Assembly: GCA_951406725.2 (NCBI GenBank)
Contig: OX597825.1
Coordinates: 69,006,001 to 69,070,000, forward strand
Direction: 5' to 3'
DNA: 64,000 bases
DNA from: Octopus vulgaris
Taxonomy: Eukaryota
In this document: positions 12,966-26,205 of the stretch, piece after piece
How the letters are laid out: every line of letters begins with the position of its first letter
Position numbering within the stretch: the first letter of the stretch is position 1
Program-made: the position numbers and the translations under genes
Notes under the pieces: generated by a model
What the model was told of the DNA's origin: nothing
The model's input: only the letters and a program-made list of their open reading frames with translations
Database searches by the model: none

Positions 12966-14367
12966 TTTACAAGCGCAGGCATGGCTGTGTGGTTACGAAG
13001 CTTGCTTTACAGCCATGTGGTTTCAGGTTCAGTCTTACTGCGCCGAACATTGGGCTTGTATCTTCTACTATAACCGCCGGAACGATCAATGCTTTGTGAG
13101 TGAATATGGTGGACGATAATTGTGTGGAAGCCCGTGGCGCACGCGCGTGTGTATGTGTGTGAGTGTTTGTCTAGCATACCACGTGACAACCGGATTGTTT
13201 ACGTCCCTGTCAACAACCCTAGCAAAGCAAATACTCAACAGACACACGACAGCGAAAGACGATTTGGTCGTGTCGTTAAGCGGTGATTAGCTTGTCTCGA
13301 GGTGGTAGTTCCGGCTCTCAGCGATATGAGTTCAAATACCAACGAGATTGAATTTCCATTTCTTTCTTTCTTTTTCTTTCTTTCTTTCCTTCCTTTCTGC
13401 CTGTTTGAAATCAGTTGGCTTCAGCTAAACCTGGAAACAAATCCATTTTGGTGTCGATGATTCGACGCTGACTTATTTGACATCAGACGTTGTAATGTTT
13501 CATTCTATCCCACCATTAACCACCTCTCTCTCCCTGCTTAGCATATTTCTATTTATGTACATGAAGAAAGGAAAAGAATTTATGTCAACCGTCAATAACC
13601 TCACATTTCTGCACATAAGTGTGTGTGTTTGGTTCCAGTGCCAAATAGTACTATCGTTAAAAACGGTTTAATTTCCAGTGAATTCGTGCCAAATCGCTTG
13701 GAAAGTGTTGTTGCCCCTTGAGTCTAAAAATGCCCCAAACGTTCTGTGAATCATGAGAGCGGCCCCACATCTCTATCTGTATTTGAGAGCCGAAAGTAAG
13801 GCAAGGTAATAATGAAATATACCAATAAGCCCAAGCATTCACATATACACATATATGCACCGTTTCTTTCTCTCAAGTTGTACTCACAACAAAATATTCA
13901 ATTCCAGGCTTTTCCCAAAGCCTGACATTTTCCCAAAGTTACGTGCTATGACATTTGATCTCGGAATCAAATTATTGCGAAGAGAATTTCTTAACCACTT
14001 AACCCTCCCTACCCAGATAGCTTTCATCAGAATTTTACTATCGTTTCTCTGCGTGCATTACTCTGAAGTCCGGAGATTTTATTAAAACAATTAAATTATA
14101 TAATCTATTAACTGAAGTCTTACAACTGAAAGATATTGACTTCTTTGAAATAATTATTTCAGATTTCAAATTATAATCTTTGTACTAATTAATGAAATCT
14201 TTTGAATATGAGGCGTAGGCGGGGCTGTATTGTTACGAAGCTTGCTTAGTAACAACGTGGTCTCAGTTTCGATTTATGTTTCACTACCTCTATAACCCCG
14301 GGCCAACCAATGCCCTGTTAGCAAATTTGGAAACTGCGTGCAAGCACATCGTATTATATATATACAC

Positions 14368-14622
14368 AATTTTTTTAAACATAATTATAAAATATGATTA
14401 TAATTAAGGGCTGCTGGATATAACCAGAACCTACACTAGAAGTAGATGTCAAATACTTACGATCCACTCTAAAATTTGTTTCCTATATTCAACCTTGAAT
14501 ATAGAGAACACATTTTAGAGTGTTTTGTAGGTATTTGACATTTACTTCTAGCGCAGGCGCTAGTTATATCCAGTAACCCATAACTATAATTATATTTTTA
14601 TAATTATAGTTTTTAAAAAATT
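14368..14622. repeat. ~255-bp imperfect fold-back (inverted repeat) next to a TA tract
   Basis: Centre is ctatattcaa-cc-ttgaatatag (14483-14504). The arms pair outward, e.g. tagaagtagatgtcaaatac/gtatttgacatttacttcta and ctggatataac/gttatatccag. Confidence 0.85.
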
Positions 14623-14710
14623 TAATTTTACCTATACGGTCACTTTTATGCGCTAGGCCACTGAGAAACTACACATTCTTTATTTTCTCTCCTTGTTTCG
14701 TTCTGTGTTC

Positions 14711-14746
14711 CTTTCTGTGGAAGAGCGTAGGCTCGAAACGTTAAAG
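14711..14746 (+). ncRNA. Minimal type I hammerhead-like motif (core CUGUGGA) in a solo PLE pLTR
   Basis: cttt-CTGTGGA-a-gagc(gtag)gctc-GAAAC-GTT-aaag. The flanks (14660-14830) resemble the 3' end of the pLTR at 45440-45636. Confidence 0.65.
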
Positions 14747-14848
14747 ACATTTTCACTTCCCGAGCGTTATACTAATACATCTGTTTGTTGTGTACACCAT
14801 CTGTCTTCGTCTTTTGTTCTTTTAGTGAATATATATATATGTATATGG

Positions 14849-14892
<44 letters not shown>

Positions 14893-15078
14893 GGATATAT
14901 ATATATATATATATATATGTATATGGATATATACATATATACACACACACACGCACACACACACATATATATATATGAAATTAAATATTGAGGATAGAAA
15001 TTATTTGTAAATAATACTAATTTAAACCAGTAGCCAGCATACTTAAAAAAACTTCCGGGGGCTACAAATTATATTTAA

Positions 15079-15400
15079 ATATATAAATAAGAGGAAATAC
15101 CACGAGGTCGATTCCTAATATGCTGAAAATAGACGCCAAACCGTCCTACTACGAAAAATATATTCTCAAAATTAGCATGAGGATTTCACTCAGGAGCCAC
15201 AAATGATTCTTAAATTATTTATGGCGAAATCTTAAGGTATGAAAATAACTGCTATTTTTGTTTCCTTTCATTTGTCTTGCTCGCAAACATTTAGCGTCAT
15301 GGCAATTTGGGAACATACTTTTCGTGGTAGGACGATTTGGCGTCTATTTTCAGCATATTAGAAATCCACCTGGTTTTCTTTCCTCTTATTTTATATATAT
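15079..15400. repeat. Inverted repeat, arms ~15079-15173 and ~15304-15400
   Basis: taatatgctgaaaatagacgccaaa.cgtcctac.acgaaaa is matched by ttttcgtggtaggacgatttggcgtctattttcagcatatta. TA-rich ends. Confidence 0.85.
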
Positions 15401-15402
15401 AT

Positions 15403-15600
15403 TTTGGGTTGACAATTTAATTCCCGCCGTTTTAAAACTTTAAATGTTTTAAAAGGTTTAATAAAAGAAATAAAAACTAATTAATCAATAGTGTATTCAC
15501 CCTTGTTGTTTACAACTTCTTCCCAACGTTCAACATGATTTTCAATACTTCATTTGGTAGAAATCACCCGATTTTGACTCGAAAAATTGATCTAACCAAC
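15403..15600 (-). mobile_element. Mariner 3' remnant
   Basis: Minus strand gives WLDQFFESKSGDFY / IENHVERWEEVVNNKGEYTID, a mariner C-terminus. TIR-like 'ttgggttgacaatttaattccc' at the left end. Confidence 0.75.
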
Positions 15601-15865
15601 TGTCGGTTTCTTTGACCGAACTGCTAGGTTACGTGGACATAAACACACCAACATCGGTTGTCAAGCGATGGTTGGGGGACAAACACAGACACACACAAAT
15701 ATATACATACACGCACAAACACACATACACATATATACGACGAGCTTCTTTCAGTTTCCGTCTACCAGATCCACTTTAGTAGAAGACGCCCGCTAAAGGT
15801 GCCACGCAGTGGGACTGAACCCGGAACCATGTGATTGGGAAGTAAGCTTCTTACCACACAGCCTC
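15601..15865 (-). mobile_element. SINE family B copy
   Basis: Contains 'gccacgcagtgggactgaacccggaaccatgtg' and 'catcggttgtcaagcgatg', shared with 23687-24158. Confidence 0.8.
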
Positions 15866-16335
15866 AACTGGGTTATCTGGTATCGCTCTAATTGTTTCAG
15901 CAAGAATCTTCATTGTGCTGTAAACATGGTATAGTCACGTATTCGTAACATGAACTGAGACTTGCGTAACATATTACGTAACGTAATGACCGTTGTGCGT
16001 ATAGCATACCTAACAGTGCCATCATTACGTAACGATAAAGTCTCTCAATGAAACTATTGTCGCAGTACTAGATTATCTATTCTACAATTTCTATCTGCTT
16101 TTACGGCACGGATAAGGTTTCATTTACCATTGATACTTTTGGATACTATTGAAATTATGGATTACCAGACCACAGTGAACTACTCTTCATAATTTCATTC
16201 CGTGCTGTGATAATGGATTACTTAACTGTCTTTGTGTTTTTTGTCATTCTGTCTTGCCAACAATTGTAGCGTGCCTCTCTTTGATAGGCCTCAATTCTTT
16301 ACGTATCCTTGTTATTAAATCTGTCTGTTTGTCTG

Positions 16336-16427
<92 letters not shown>

Positions 16428-16428
16428 A

Positions 16429-16463
<35 letters not shown>

Positions 16464-17164
16464 CACACACGTTCGCACCCCCCCCCGTACATATACATAT
16501 ATGTAAGACAGTGTGTGAGTGTCTTTGCGTCTGTGTTTGCCACACACTCCACGCTTGGCAGCAGATGTTGGTTTGTTTACATCCCCGTAACACAGCTTTT
16601 ACGCAAAAGAGGATGGAGTAAGAACCAGATTTAAGAGAAAAAAAAACAAGATAAAAACCAAGACAATAAACAAAAACGCTTAAATACTGCAGCAGTACCA
16701 CAGCATGACCGCAGTCCAATCATTGGAACAAGTAAAGAAAGCATTGATTGAAAATATAATTGTTATTGTAAACATTATTCTCATTCCATTGTATCTATTC
16801 GTAAATGCATTTTAGTATTCCGTGTTTAGAAAAACTATTCACCTGTAACACTGCATTCCAGCTAAGAATCGAATTGACAACAACCCAATGGAATAATCAT
16901 GCATACAGGAAATTAAGACGGAAATAGCGTGAAGTCCTTGATCAAGATTCGTAACTATCAACTGAGGAATTTTAAATACGCCATTAAAATGCAATGTGTG
17001 AATTGTATGACTCAAAACAGCAATGCTCCTCGAGGAAACCGAAACGTATGGCTGTCGCTGAGCCACGATTCAAACTTAAAGGAATGGACATTAAAAATAC
17101 TACCGTATTTATTCTCTTTCCTATTACTTGTATCCGTCGTTGGATTGCGGCCATACTAAGGTTT

Positions 17165-17562
17165 TCTTTTCTACTCTAGGCACAAGGCCCGAAATTTTTT
17201 GGGAGGGGGCCAGTCGATTATATCGACTGCAGTACGCAACTGGTACTTTATTTATCGACCCCGAAAGGATGAAAGGCAAAGTCGACCTCGGCGGAATTTG
17301 AACTCAGAACGTAACGGTAGACGAAATACCTATTTCTTTACTACCCACAAGGGGCTAAACACAGAGGGGACAAACAAGAACAGACAAACAGATTAAGTCG
17401 ATTATATCGACCCCAGTGTGTGACTGGTACTTATTTAATCGACCCCGAAAGGATGAATGGCAAAGTCAACCTCGGTGGAATTTGAACTCAGAACGTAGCG
17501 GCAGACGAAATACGGCTACGCATTTCGCCCGGCATGCTAACGTTTCTGCCAGCTCGCCGCCG
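17165..17562 (-). mobile_element. SINE family C with duplicated Nin/Deu-like core
   Basis: Two tandem 'ctggtact..atcgaccccgaaaggatgaa.ggcaaagtc.acctcgg.ggaatttgaactcagaacgta' blocks. Similar copies lie at 18520-18760(-), 54460-54660(-), 61440-61680(+) and 63748-63915(+). Confidence 0.8.
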
Positions 17563-19915
17563 GTATCATTTTGAGGTATCATACTGAGGTATCATACTGA
17601 GGTATCATTTTGAAAGTTTTAGTTGAACAGGTTTACTCCAGGACATTTTTTAAAATAAATTTCCTTCTAATTCCACCAGTCACCTTTGTCGGAAAGCTAA
17701 GTTATGAGGATGTAAACAAATCAACACCAGTTGTCAAGCATTCACGAGGAAACAAGCAGAAACCCATACACATATACTTATACATGCATACATACACACA
17801 CGCGCGCATAAACACACAAATACACACATACACACAGAGAAACGACGGACTTCCATACAGTTGTCGTCTACCAAATTCATTCTCAGGTTATTGTTCAGCC
17901 TGGGTCTATAATACAAGACACTTGTCCAATGTGCTGCGCTGTGAGCCTGAACCTGAACAACGTTGCTGCAAAGCGATCCCTCTAACCACAGAGACTCAAA
18001 ACATAATCACATCGTCTTTCCTTGTAGGAATAGTGCACCTTGAACTACATTATTCAATCCATTTTTCTTTAAAGACTATATTTTGGTTGCAGTGAAATTC
18101 AGTCGCTATTTATTAGTTTGTAGTGCTGCGTTTAACGCGCAGACAAGATTGTGTTTTTTACAAGATGAACGAAATATGAAAAACTGATTTTCCTAGATAT
18201 GAAATATTTCCGGATGCTAATCTGCATCTTCTCTCATCCCTGAGTTATTTTACACATCATCACCATTGCATTATCACTATAGAATAGTATTTAATCATAT
18301 CACTGTTATTGTTGTTAGGCCACATGTAGGCCATAAGGAGTAGACCAATGATGAAAGGGATTCCAGCCGAGACCCTCCCGTAGTTTACTCAAGTATAGTG
18401 CACCCTGACAACATTATCCAGTATAGTATTTCTGTATATTTTATTTAACTTGTATTTACTGTGTAAAGCCATACAACTGCCGCATTCGTCTCGAGAAAGC
18501 ATGTCGTATAAACGTATAATGCAGACGAAATACCTATTTCTTTACTACCCACAAGGGGCTAGACACAGCGAGGACAAACAAGGACAAACAAACGGATTGA
18601 GTCGATTATATCGACCCCAGTGCGAAACTGGTATTTATTTAATCGACCCCAAAAGGATGAAAGGCTAAGTCGACCTCGGCGGAATTTGAACTCAGAACGT
18701 AGCGGCAGACGAAATACCGCTAAGTATTTCGCCCGGCGTGCTAACGGTTGTGCCAGCTCACTGATATTATTCTTTACTTTCTGTATCATACATCTACATC
18801 AGATGATTTCTCGAGACTAATACCAGAATTGTGCGGCTTTCTACAATATATTCAAATTAAATGAAATATACACAATACTATTCGGAACTCTTACTGCTTC
18901 CGTCGCTAATAATATACTATCTAACATATCTCAATTTCCTTCAAAAAGGGTTGGCGTGTGGTTTGTAAGATATTTAGATGTTATCACGTGTAGTTCCTAA
19001 GACCATTTTGAAATATCACCATTGGTTTCTTTATAAAGCAGTCTTGAAACAGTGGATGATAGATAGAAACCTTCAAGAATTTAGCTATGTAAACTTTAAC
19101 CTTGCTGTGTTTCAGTCCAGCCGAGGTCGAATTTTATCATTCATATATCCTGTTACTACAATAAGATCAAGTTAAGAACAGTCAGTTTAATCGACAAGCG
19201 CCCCCCAGCCGACAAAATATATGGCCTTGCGCCAATGTTAAACATATTTGTTATTTTACTGCACTTTATGGAATATCTAAGAGATATTTAGATAAATCAG
19301 ACATAAATTTTCCCAGTTACTAACCAAATGATCTGTATTGATTTTCACATCTCTGGCAACGTATATTTTATTTAGCAAAGACATTTAGATTTCTCAGCCT
19401 TTGCACAGATTGCTGTACAACGATTTCCATTATTGAGCACAATAAATTATGTACGCGATGGGACTTCTGTAATTGAGTTACCGTTATGCCTTATTACGCT
19501 ATATAATTTCAAATCTCAAGGTGTAATTTTTATATTTATTGTCGAAATATACGTAAATAAAAATATTTCTTCAAAAATAAAATATCTATTTGTGAATGAA
19601 TGAAAAATAGAATTAATGTAAGAAAAATGAAAGCTACAAACAGAATGTAAAATTCGTCAATCAAACTCTTCAAAAATATATTTATTTTCTCTAAAAATAT
19701 ATAACCCTAAAGCTTCATTTAAATATACGTACGTGATTTTTCTTTTTTGGCAGGTATTGCTTATTCGTTCTTTTTACCGTTTCAGGTGATTGAACTTCAG
19801 CTATACTGCTATTCCAACCTCTATGCCTTCCTCTTGATCTTTTCATACTTTCTTACATATCCTATATATAGAACTTTTAATCTGTCTATTGATTTCCACA
19901 GAAACCATAAATACA

Positions 19916-19950
<35 letters not shown>

Positions 19951-19957
<7 letters not shown>

Positions 19958-20163
19958 TATAAATAAGGGCAAAAGAAAAAAATTCTATGCCAATATGCTG
20001 AGAAATAGACTTTAAATCGTCAATCACCACATACAATATACATCACTATAAAATACAAATCGTGATGAATCGAGGAAAGCAAACTAACAGAATTTTTTTT
20101 AATGCGTTATCAGCATATTAGCATAGAAACTTTTTTATTGTGCCCTTATTCATAATTGTCTAT
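19951..20163. repeat. Inverted repeat between (TA)n tracts
   Basis: acaattataaataagggca...ttctatgccaatatgctga is matched by tcagcatattagcatagaa...tgcccttattcataattgt. Confidence 0.8.
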
Positions 20164-20242
20164 AATTTTCATCTCAAAAGGTATTTTAATATGCTGGCCT
20201 CTTGATAAAACTTTTTCAAAAAATGTTATCGTATATTAGAAG

Positions 20243-20300
<58 letters not shown>

Positions 20301-21394
20301 TATACATATATACATATGTATATATATGCACACATACATATAGACGCACACATACATATAGACACACACACACACACATATATATATACGCTTACACATT
20401 CTTTTATTAAAGCAACAGAAATCTTCAAAGACTGTTCGAGTACTATTTTTTTCATTTTGTTTTGCATACATGTGCTTACTCGTGTGTGTGTGTGTTTGTG
20501 TGTTTATATATATATTTGTTTGTTTGTATATATATATATATATATATACCGTCAAACCCCACTCGCCCAGTTGGCCTAGCCGGGATTGACCGAATTCCAG
20601 CCTGCATCCCAGTAGAAGGAAACCATTAGTCTGTCCTGTTTGATCCAAAGTCACCTGGTGGTATTCTCCGCCCCCTCACCGTTAACTCCATGCCCAGTCA
20701 GAGCTTTGAAGAATAAATGTCCACTTGTATTGCCGCGCACGACGGGCGTCTTTCAGTTTCTGTCTACCAGATCTACTTACAAGGCCCGAAGCTACGGTAG
20801 AAGATGCTTACCCAAGGTGCCACGCAGCGGGACTGAGCACAGAACTATGTGGTTGAGAAGCAAGCTTCTTACCACACAACTAAATATATACACCAATTTT
20901 CGATTAGACTAAAATAATTCTTGAATCTTTTAATCTTTGAATTTTTAACATTAATTTTGAGATTTTAAAATACAAATTATTTTATTATTTCTTATAATCT
21001 AATTCTAAATTTATTCATAATTTTCAATGTTTAATTTCTAAATTCAAAAATTAAAAAAAATGTTTACCTCAATAGTTTAATATCTTTCTTTTTATTAATT
21101 TTTTTCAATTTTTTCAATTTTTAATTTTTACTTTTAATTTTAGTTTTATTTAACTTTTACTGCTTACGTTTGGAATTTTTGAATACCGCATACTTTTAGT
21201 TCTAATGTTTTAATTTGCACTTCTTAATTTCAATGTTAACTTTTAAGATTTTTTAATTTCTTAATCCTTTAAAATTTAGGTTAAAGGATTAAGTTTATAT
21301 TTTTAATATTTAATTTTAAGGTTCCAAGTTTTATGATACTATTTTAACATTAACATTCCATCTTTTCAATTCTCATTTTTTATTCCTAAGAATA

Positions 21395-21580
21395 TTATTA
21401 ACATAATATGGTTTAATCCACCCTGGTATTGTGACGAAACTTTCAAAACAGCTATTTAATAATTTAGGAGTTTCTCCCCATCTAACGAGTAACACCATAT
21501 ATCCAATAAACGAAAGATAAGAGTCGCATTTTCTACTCTACCTAATCTTGAAACAATTGCAGCAGGTATCAATAACCGTA
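21395..21580 (+). mobile_element. Penelope-like (Naiad-type) RT-thumb/linker fragment
   Basis: Translates NIIWFNPPWYCDETFKT...FSPSNE*HHISNKRKIRVAFSTLPNLETIAAGINNR, matching the IIWFNPP...KVSYSCxPNxxxIIxGHN motif. The IIWFTPP motif is also at about 39675. Confidence 0.65.
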
Positions 21581-21852
21581 ATATTGTATTAGGCCGTAGC
21601 AACGAAAATAGCGTAATTAAAAGAAGTATTAATCGTAAAGGCAGTATGATAATAGTAAGAATCTATAGCTATGAAAATGATAATAACCTCATTAACATAA
21701 AACATAATGGCCACAGCATTAATATAAGGAATAAATATTAAATAATGTTACAGTAAAAACTACAGTACATGCAGAATAAGGAGTGATGGTTGTAATAACC
21801 ACGGTATATGTGACAACAACAATAACAACAATAATAATAGTATATGTCTTGA

Positions 21853-22380
21853 TTCAGTACAAGGCATTGGCACTCATTGAAAGTGTTATCATGTAAATGC
21901 TTTGTCTTGGAGTAAAAGATGGGCTATAGCAAATATTCCGCTCAATACCACAGATTTGCTTCTTAGTTGTTTGACCAGTTGAGCATATCCCTTGGTAGCT
22001 GATGAAATGGACATCTCTCATCAGGAGCAGAGGTAGTGGGGAAGCTTCATAGCCACGTGTTGAGAGGAATTTGTGGCGTAGGGGGGTTGAATAATTCACA
22101 TCTGGAAACTTGGGTATTTCGTTCAACATCCTTAAACAATCCGTATTTAGGGATCTTTTGAGCGGGATAGGCTACTCGACCAGACGTAAATTGTGACTGG
22201 GACCAACCTGCAGGGTCATGCGCTGTTTATCTTGATGTGAGATCACTATGTCGTGCTCATATGATTGTGATGCATGTGCCTGGTGTACCCTTATTAGATG
22301 GGTAGTCATAATGTGTATACTGGGATTCGTATATTTTACCCCAGTGTCACTTTGATGGCATGCACTGCTCTCTTACTCAG
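21853..22380 (+). mobile_element. Second copy of the 6060-6606 dispersed repeat
   Basis: Colinear similarity from 'cagtacaaggca.tggc' to 'gcatgcactgctctct.actca'. Confidence 0.75.
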
Positions 22381-22394
22381 TGGTGATGATGATG

Positions 22395-22510
22395 AGCCCG
22401 CGCTCTTAACGACTACGCCATATGCCCACGGGCATATGGCGTATTGGTTAAGAGCTACTAACCCCAAGATTCCGAGTTCGATTCAAAGCAGTGACATGAA
22501 CAACAACAGC

Positions 22511-22552
<42 letters not shown>

Positions 22553-22730
22553 AATAATAATAATAATAATAACAATAACATCGAAAAGTACCTTAGGAAT
22601 GAGAAGCCAGGTTCGAAATTTCCCCAAGACACCCGAAGAAGGCTGGAGAGTATATCAGCCGAAAAGTTGTGTAAACAACAAACAAGATGAGGACAAATAT
22701 CCGTCGAATGTAAATAATGTAAATAATGAT
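22395..22730 (+). mobile_element. tRNA-headed short element with microsatellite linker and hammerhead-like 3' part, with an inverted 5' duplication
   Basis: Hairpin arms 22402-22427 and 22430-22455. Box A TGGCGTA.TGG and box B GAGTTCGATTC. (AAC)n(AAT)n linker, then acac-CCGAAGA-a-ggctg...cagcc-GAAAA-GTT-gtgt at 22629-22672. Confidence 0.6.
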
Positions 22731-23403
22731 TTCTTCTATTGGCCACAGGGGCCCACAACATGGAGGATAATATTAAATGACGAGAAACAAAACACAAAAA
22801 TAGAAACAAAAACCAAGCAGGTAGAGTTTACATTTAGTTAAGGGAGGCACTACCACATTAAAGGATATAACAAAGAAAATATAAATAGTAAAATGGGGAA
22901 ATAAGTAATGAATATTGGCTGTAACAGTAGTATCCCCAGTTACAATACTAATTTACATTGTGAAAATAATAATTATTCTCCAAGCACGCATTCAGTGGGA
23001 GCGAATGACAACTGCCAGGCAGCTGAAGCTGTATTATCTGCTATAATCTTAGACCTCCGTCTTCTAGTATTGTCGAAGGTAATTCTAACCTGGCACGTGA
23101 CAACGGTAATATAAGTAGGATTGAAGGAGTGATATACCTTGACACAGCTGACTGCAAAGTCATCAACTCGTAATTTCGTTAATTCTGAGATAAATGAGGA
23201 TTGTGTATATTCACAATCAGTTAGACTGTTCTAACTCCGGCGCCTTTAATAATCACATGGTTAATAATTGTATTAGCTACAATATATCTTGGGAAACAAT
23301 ATGTCACTTACATATTTTTGTTAATTATGGACATAATAAGCTCTCTTTACCGTGTTTAATAACTAGTATCGACTCTAATACACCTAGATGACCCTTAAAT
23401 TAC

Positions 23404-23852
23404 GTAGCTTCAGAAATAAATCTCTCTGTTCTCTTAGCAACGCCTTTTTAACTAAGAGTATTGCATGTAAGTTGGTGTAACAACTGAAAAAAAAATACGC
23501 TTAATTATACAGGTTCAACATCTTGTGACATCAAAAACCGAGTTTATAATCAAACGTCTTCCTTTATAAATAGGAATAAGGCTTGTGTTACATCACTGAT
23601 GGAGAAAGTGCGGGAATGAAAGGAGAGAAAAAATTCATTTCGATATCTTGAGCATTATAAACAAAACGTTATCGTATTGAAATGACAGGCGCAGGAGTGG
23701 CTATGTGGTAAGTAGCTTGCTTACCAACCACATGGTTCCGGGTTCAGTCCCACTGCGTGGCACCTTGGGCAAGTATCTTCTACTATAGCCTCGGGCCGAC
23801 CAAAGCCTTGTGAGTGGATTTGGTAGGCGGAAACTGAAAGAAGCCCGTCGTA

Positions 23853-23923
<71 letters not shown>

Positions 23924-24398
23924 ATGTGTGTGTGTGTGTGCGTGTATGTTTGTGTGTTTGTGTTTGTCCCCCTAGCATTGCTTGACAACCGATGCTGGTG
24001 TGTTTATGTCCCCGTCACTTAGCGGTTCGGCAAAAGAGACCGATAGAATAAGTACTGGGCTTACAAAGAATAAGTCGTGGGGCCGAGTTGCTCGATGAAA
24101 GGCGGTGCTCCAGCATGGCCGCAGTCAGCTGAAACAAGTAAAAGAGTAAAAGAGAGTATATGAGTGTACACTTTGTTGTGCTGCATTATATGAGATCTTT
24201 AGGAATCCAGGTAACTTTCTCCATCAGTTATTCCTATTTCTAAAGGAAGAAGTTTGATTATAAACTCGGTTTTTGGTGTCACAAGCTGTTGAACCTGTAT
24301 AGGTAAACGTATTTGTTTCAGTTACACCAACTTGTATACAATACTATTAGTTAAAAAGGCGTTGCTAAGAAGACAGAGAGATTTATTTCTGAAGCTAC
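23404..24398. repeat. ~200-bp inverted repeat pair (23404-23609 / 24214-24398) with a SINE in the spacer
   Basis: gtagcttcagaaataaatctctctgt...ctgatggagaaagt is matched by actttctccatcag...acagagagatttatttctgaagctac. Confidence 0.85.
23687..24158 (+). mobile_element. SINE family B, full-length (tRNA-like head, CORE-like segment, internal (TA)n(TG)n linker, (GTAAAAGA)n tail)
   Basis: Highly similar full copies at 25242-25658(-), 31911-32368(-), 53857-54260(+) and 59713-60142(-), plus many partial or older copies. Confidence 0.9.
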
Positions 24399-24532
24399 AG
24401 AACTAAGATTACGCTGTTTGTATAAAGTTAGGCGTACTTTCACATACTTTCACATTCCACAAGCCTGTTATATAATACGGGAACACTCTCTATATAACCC
24501 ATATTTATACTAGTTTCCGTGTATTTCTGTAT

Positions 24533-25847
24533 ATGTATATAACAATGGCTAAAAGGAAAGTGTCAAATTTGTCTACAACGTCAAGGTCAGCCAAAAGAAT
24601 GTCTCTGTCTAGGGAAAGAGAGGCAACTGCAGAAAGGGAAGATTACCAAGAAACGAACAGCCTGTGCCCTACAGAAGCCAGAGCATCTCAAAGTAATGAA
24701 CAGAGCTATGCACGGCTGACAAGGAATAGCATCTCCATTGCAGAACGAAGAGCAGTTGCAGCAGCTCAGAGAAGCAATTTCTATGAAGCAGCTTTCAATT
24801 ATGATCCAGCAGTTCATTATGCGGATGACATTGGTGCGATGACAATTGAGTGCATACATTGTAAAGCAAGAAAGTGGCCAGGAAGGACACCTGCACTGTG
24901 CTGCAGTGGTGGAAAGGTTAACCCTCCTGCAATCCCCAATCTCCACTAAAGAAACTGTTGTCATCAACTGACCAAGATTACAAGCACTTCCAAAACAAAA
25001 TTTGACAATACAACGCTGCAATACAGATGACATCATTTGGAGCCACAAGAGATTTAACTAAGCCAGGATTCATGCAAACTTTCAAGATCCAAGGTCAGAT
25101 TTATCATCGGATTGGCTCTCTACTAAGTCTGTCAAATGAATCACCAAATTCGGCCTTTCTTTGTTTATAATCTGTACCTGTTTTTTGGTTACGAAATAAG
25201 CTAGAAAAAAACGCGTTTGTGAATTATTTGTATATTTTATATACTCTTTTACTCTTTTACTTGTTTCAGTCATTTGACTGCGGCCATGCTGGAGCACCGC
25301 CTTTAGTCGAGGAAATCGACCCCGGGACTTATTCTTTGTAAGCCCTGTACTTATTCTATCGGTCTCTTTTGCCGAACCGCTAAGTGACGGGGACGTAAAC
25401 ACACCAGCATCGGTTGTCAAGCAATGCTAGGGGAACAAACACACACACACAAACACACACACATACACATATATACATATATATACATATATACGGCAGG
25501 CTTCTTTCAATTTCCGTCTAACAAATCCACTCACAAGGCATTGGTCGGCCCGGGGCTATAGCAGAAGACACTTGCCCAAGATACCACGCAGTGGGACTGA
25601 ACCCGGAACCATGTGGTTGGTTAGCAAGCTACTTACCACACAGCCACTCCTGCGCCTATATATAAGTTGAAAACTTTCTTTTACCATTTCACTTAACGTC
25701 TATGTTCCATGCTGGCATGGGTTGGAAAGTTATAAATGTAGAAAGCTGGTATATCATCTAGTAGCAGTTGAGACCTGCGTAATCTAGACGGCGTCTTTAA
25801 ATTTCATTATTCTCTTTAACCCGGGCAACGCCGGGTAATTCTGCTAG
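24533..25847 (+). mobile_element. Helitron remnant: RepHel N-terminal region, internally deleted, with 3' hairpin-CTAG end
   Basis: ORF 24533..24949 has MTIECIHCKARKWPGRTPALCCSGGKV. It continues out of frame as KHFQNKI*QYNAAIQMTSFGA...PGFMQTFKIQGQIYHRIGSL (Helitron Rep motifs). Terminus cccgggcaacgccggg..ctgCTAG|T at 25820-25847. Confidence 0.85.
25242..25658 (-). mobile_element. SINE family B, full-length
   Basis: Reverse complement of the 23687-24158 consensus. Confidence 0.9.
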
Positions 25848-26052
25848 TGTGACAGGAATTTATGTTTCTTTTTCTCATCCTTATTACCTTTTCATTCCAA
25901 TTTTATGTTACCTATTAATTATCATGTATTATTTATTATATCTCGTTCATCTCATTATCGCCGATTACTATGTTCCTTGATAAGTGCGTGCAAGTTTAAA
26001 TATTTGCCTATGTGTAGATATATATACATATATGTAGGCATATATGATGAAT

Positions 26053-26087
<35 letters not shown>

Positions 26088-26157
26088 CATATTTGTGTGG
26101 GTGTATATCATTTATATTATATTATATATATATATCATATATGTATATGATAAATAT

Positions 26158-26205
<48 letters not shown>

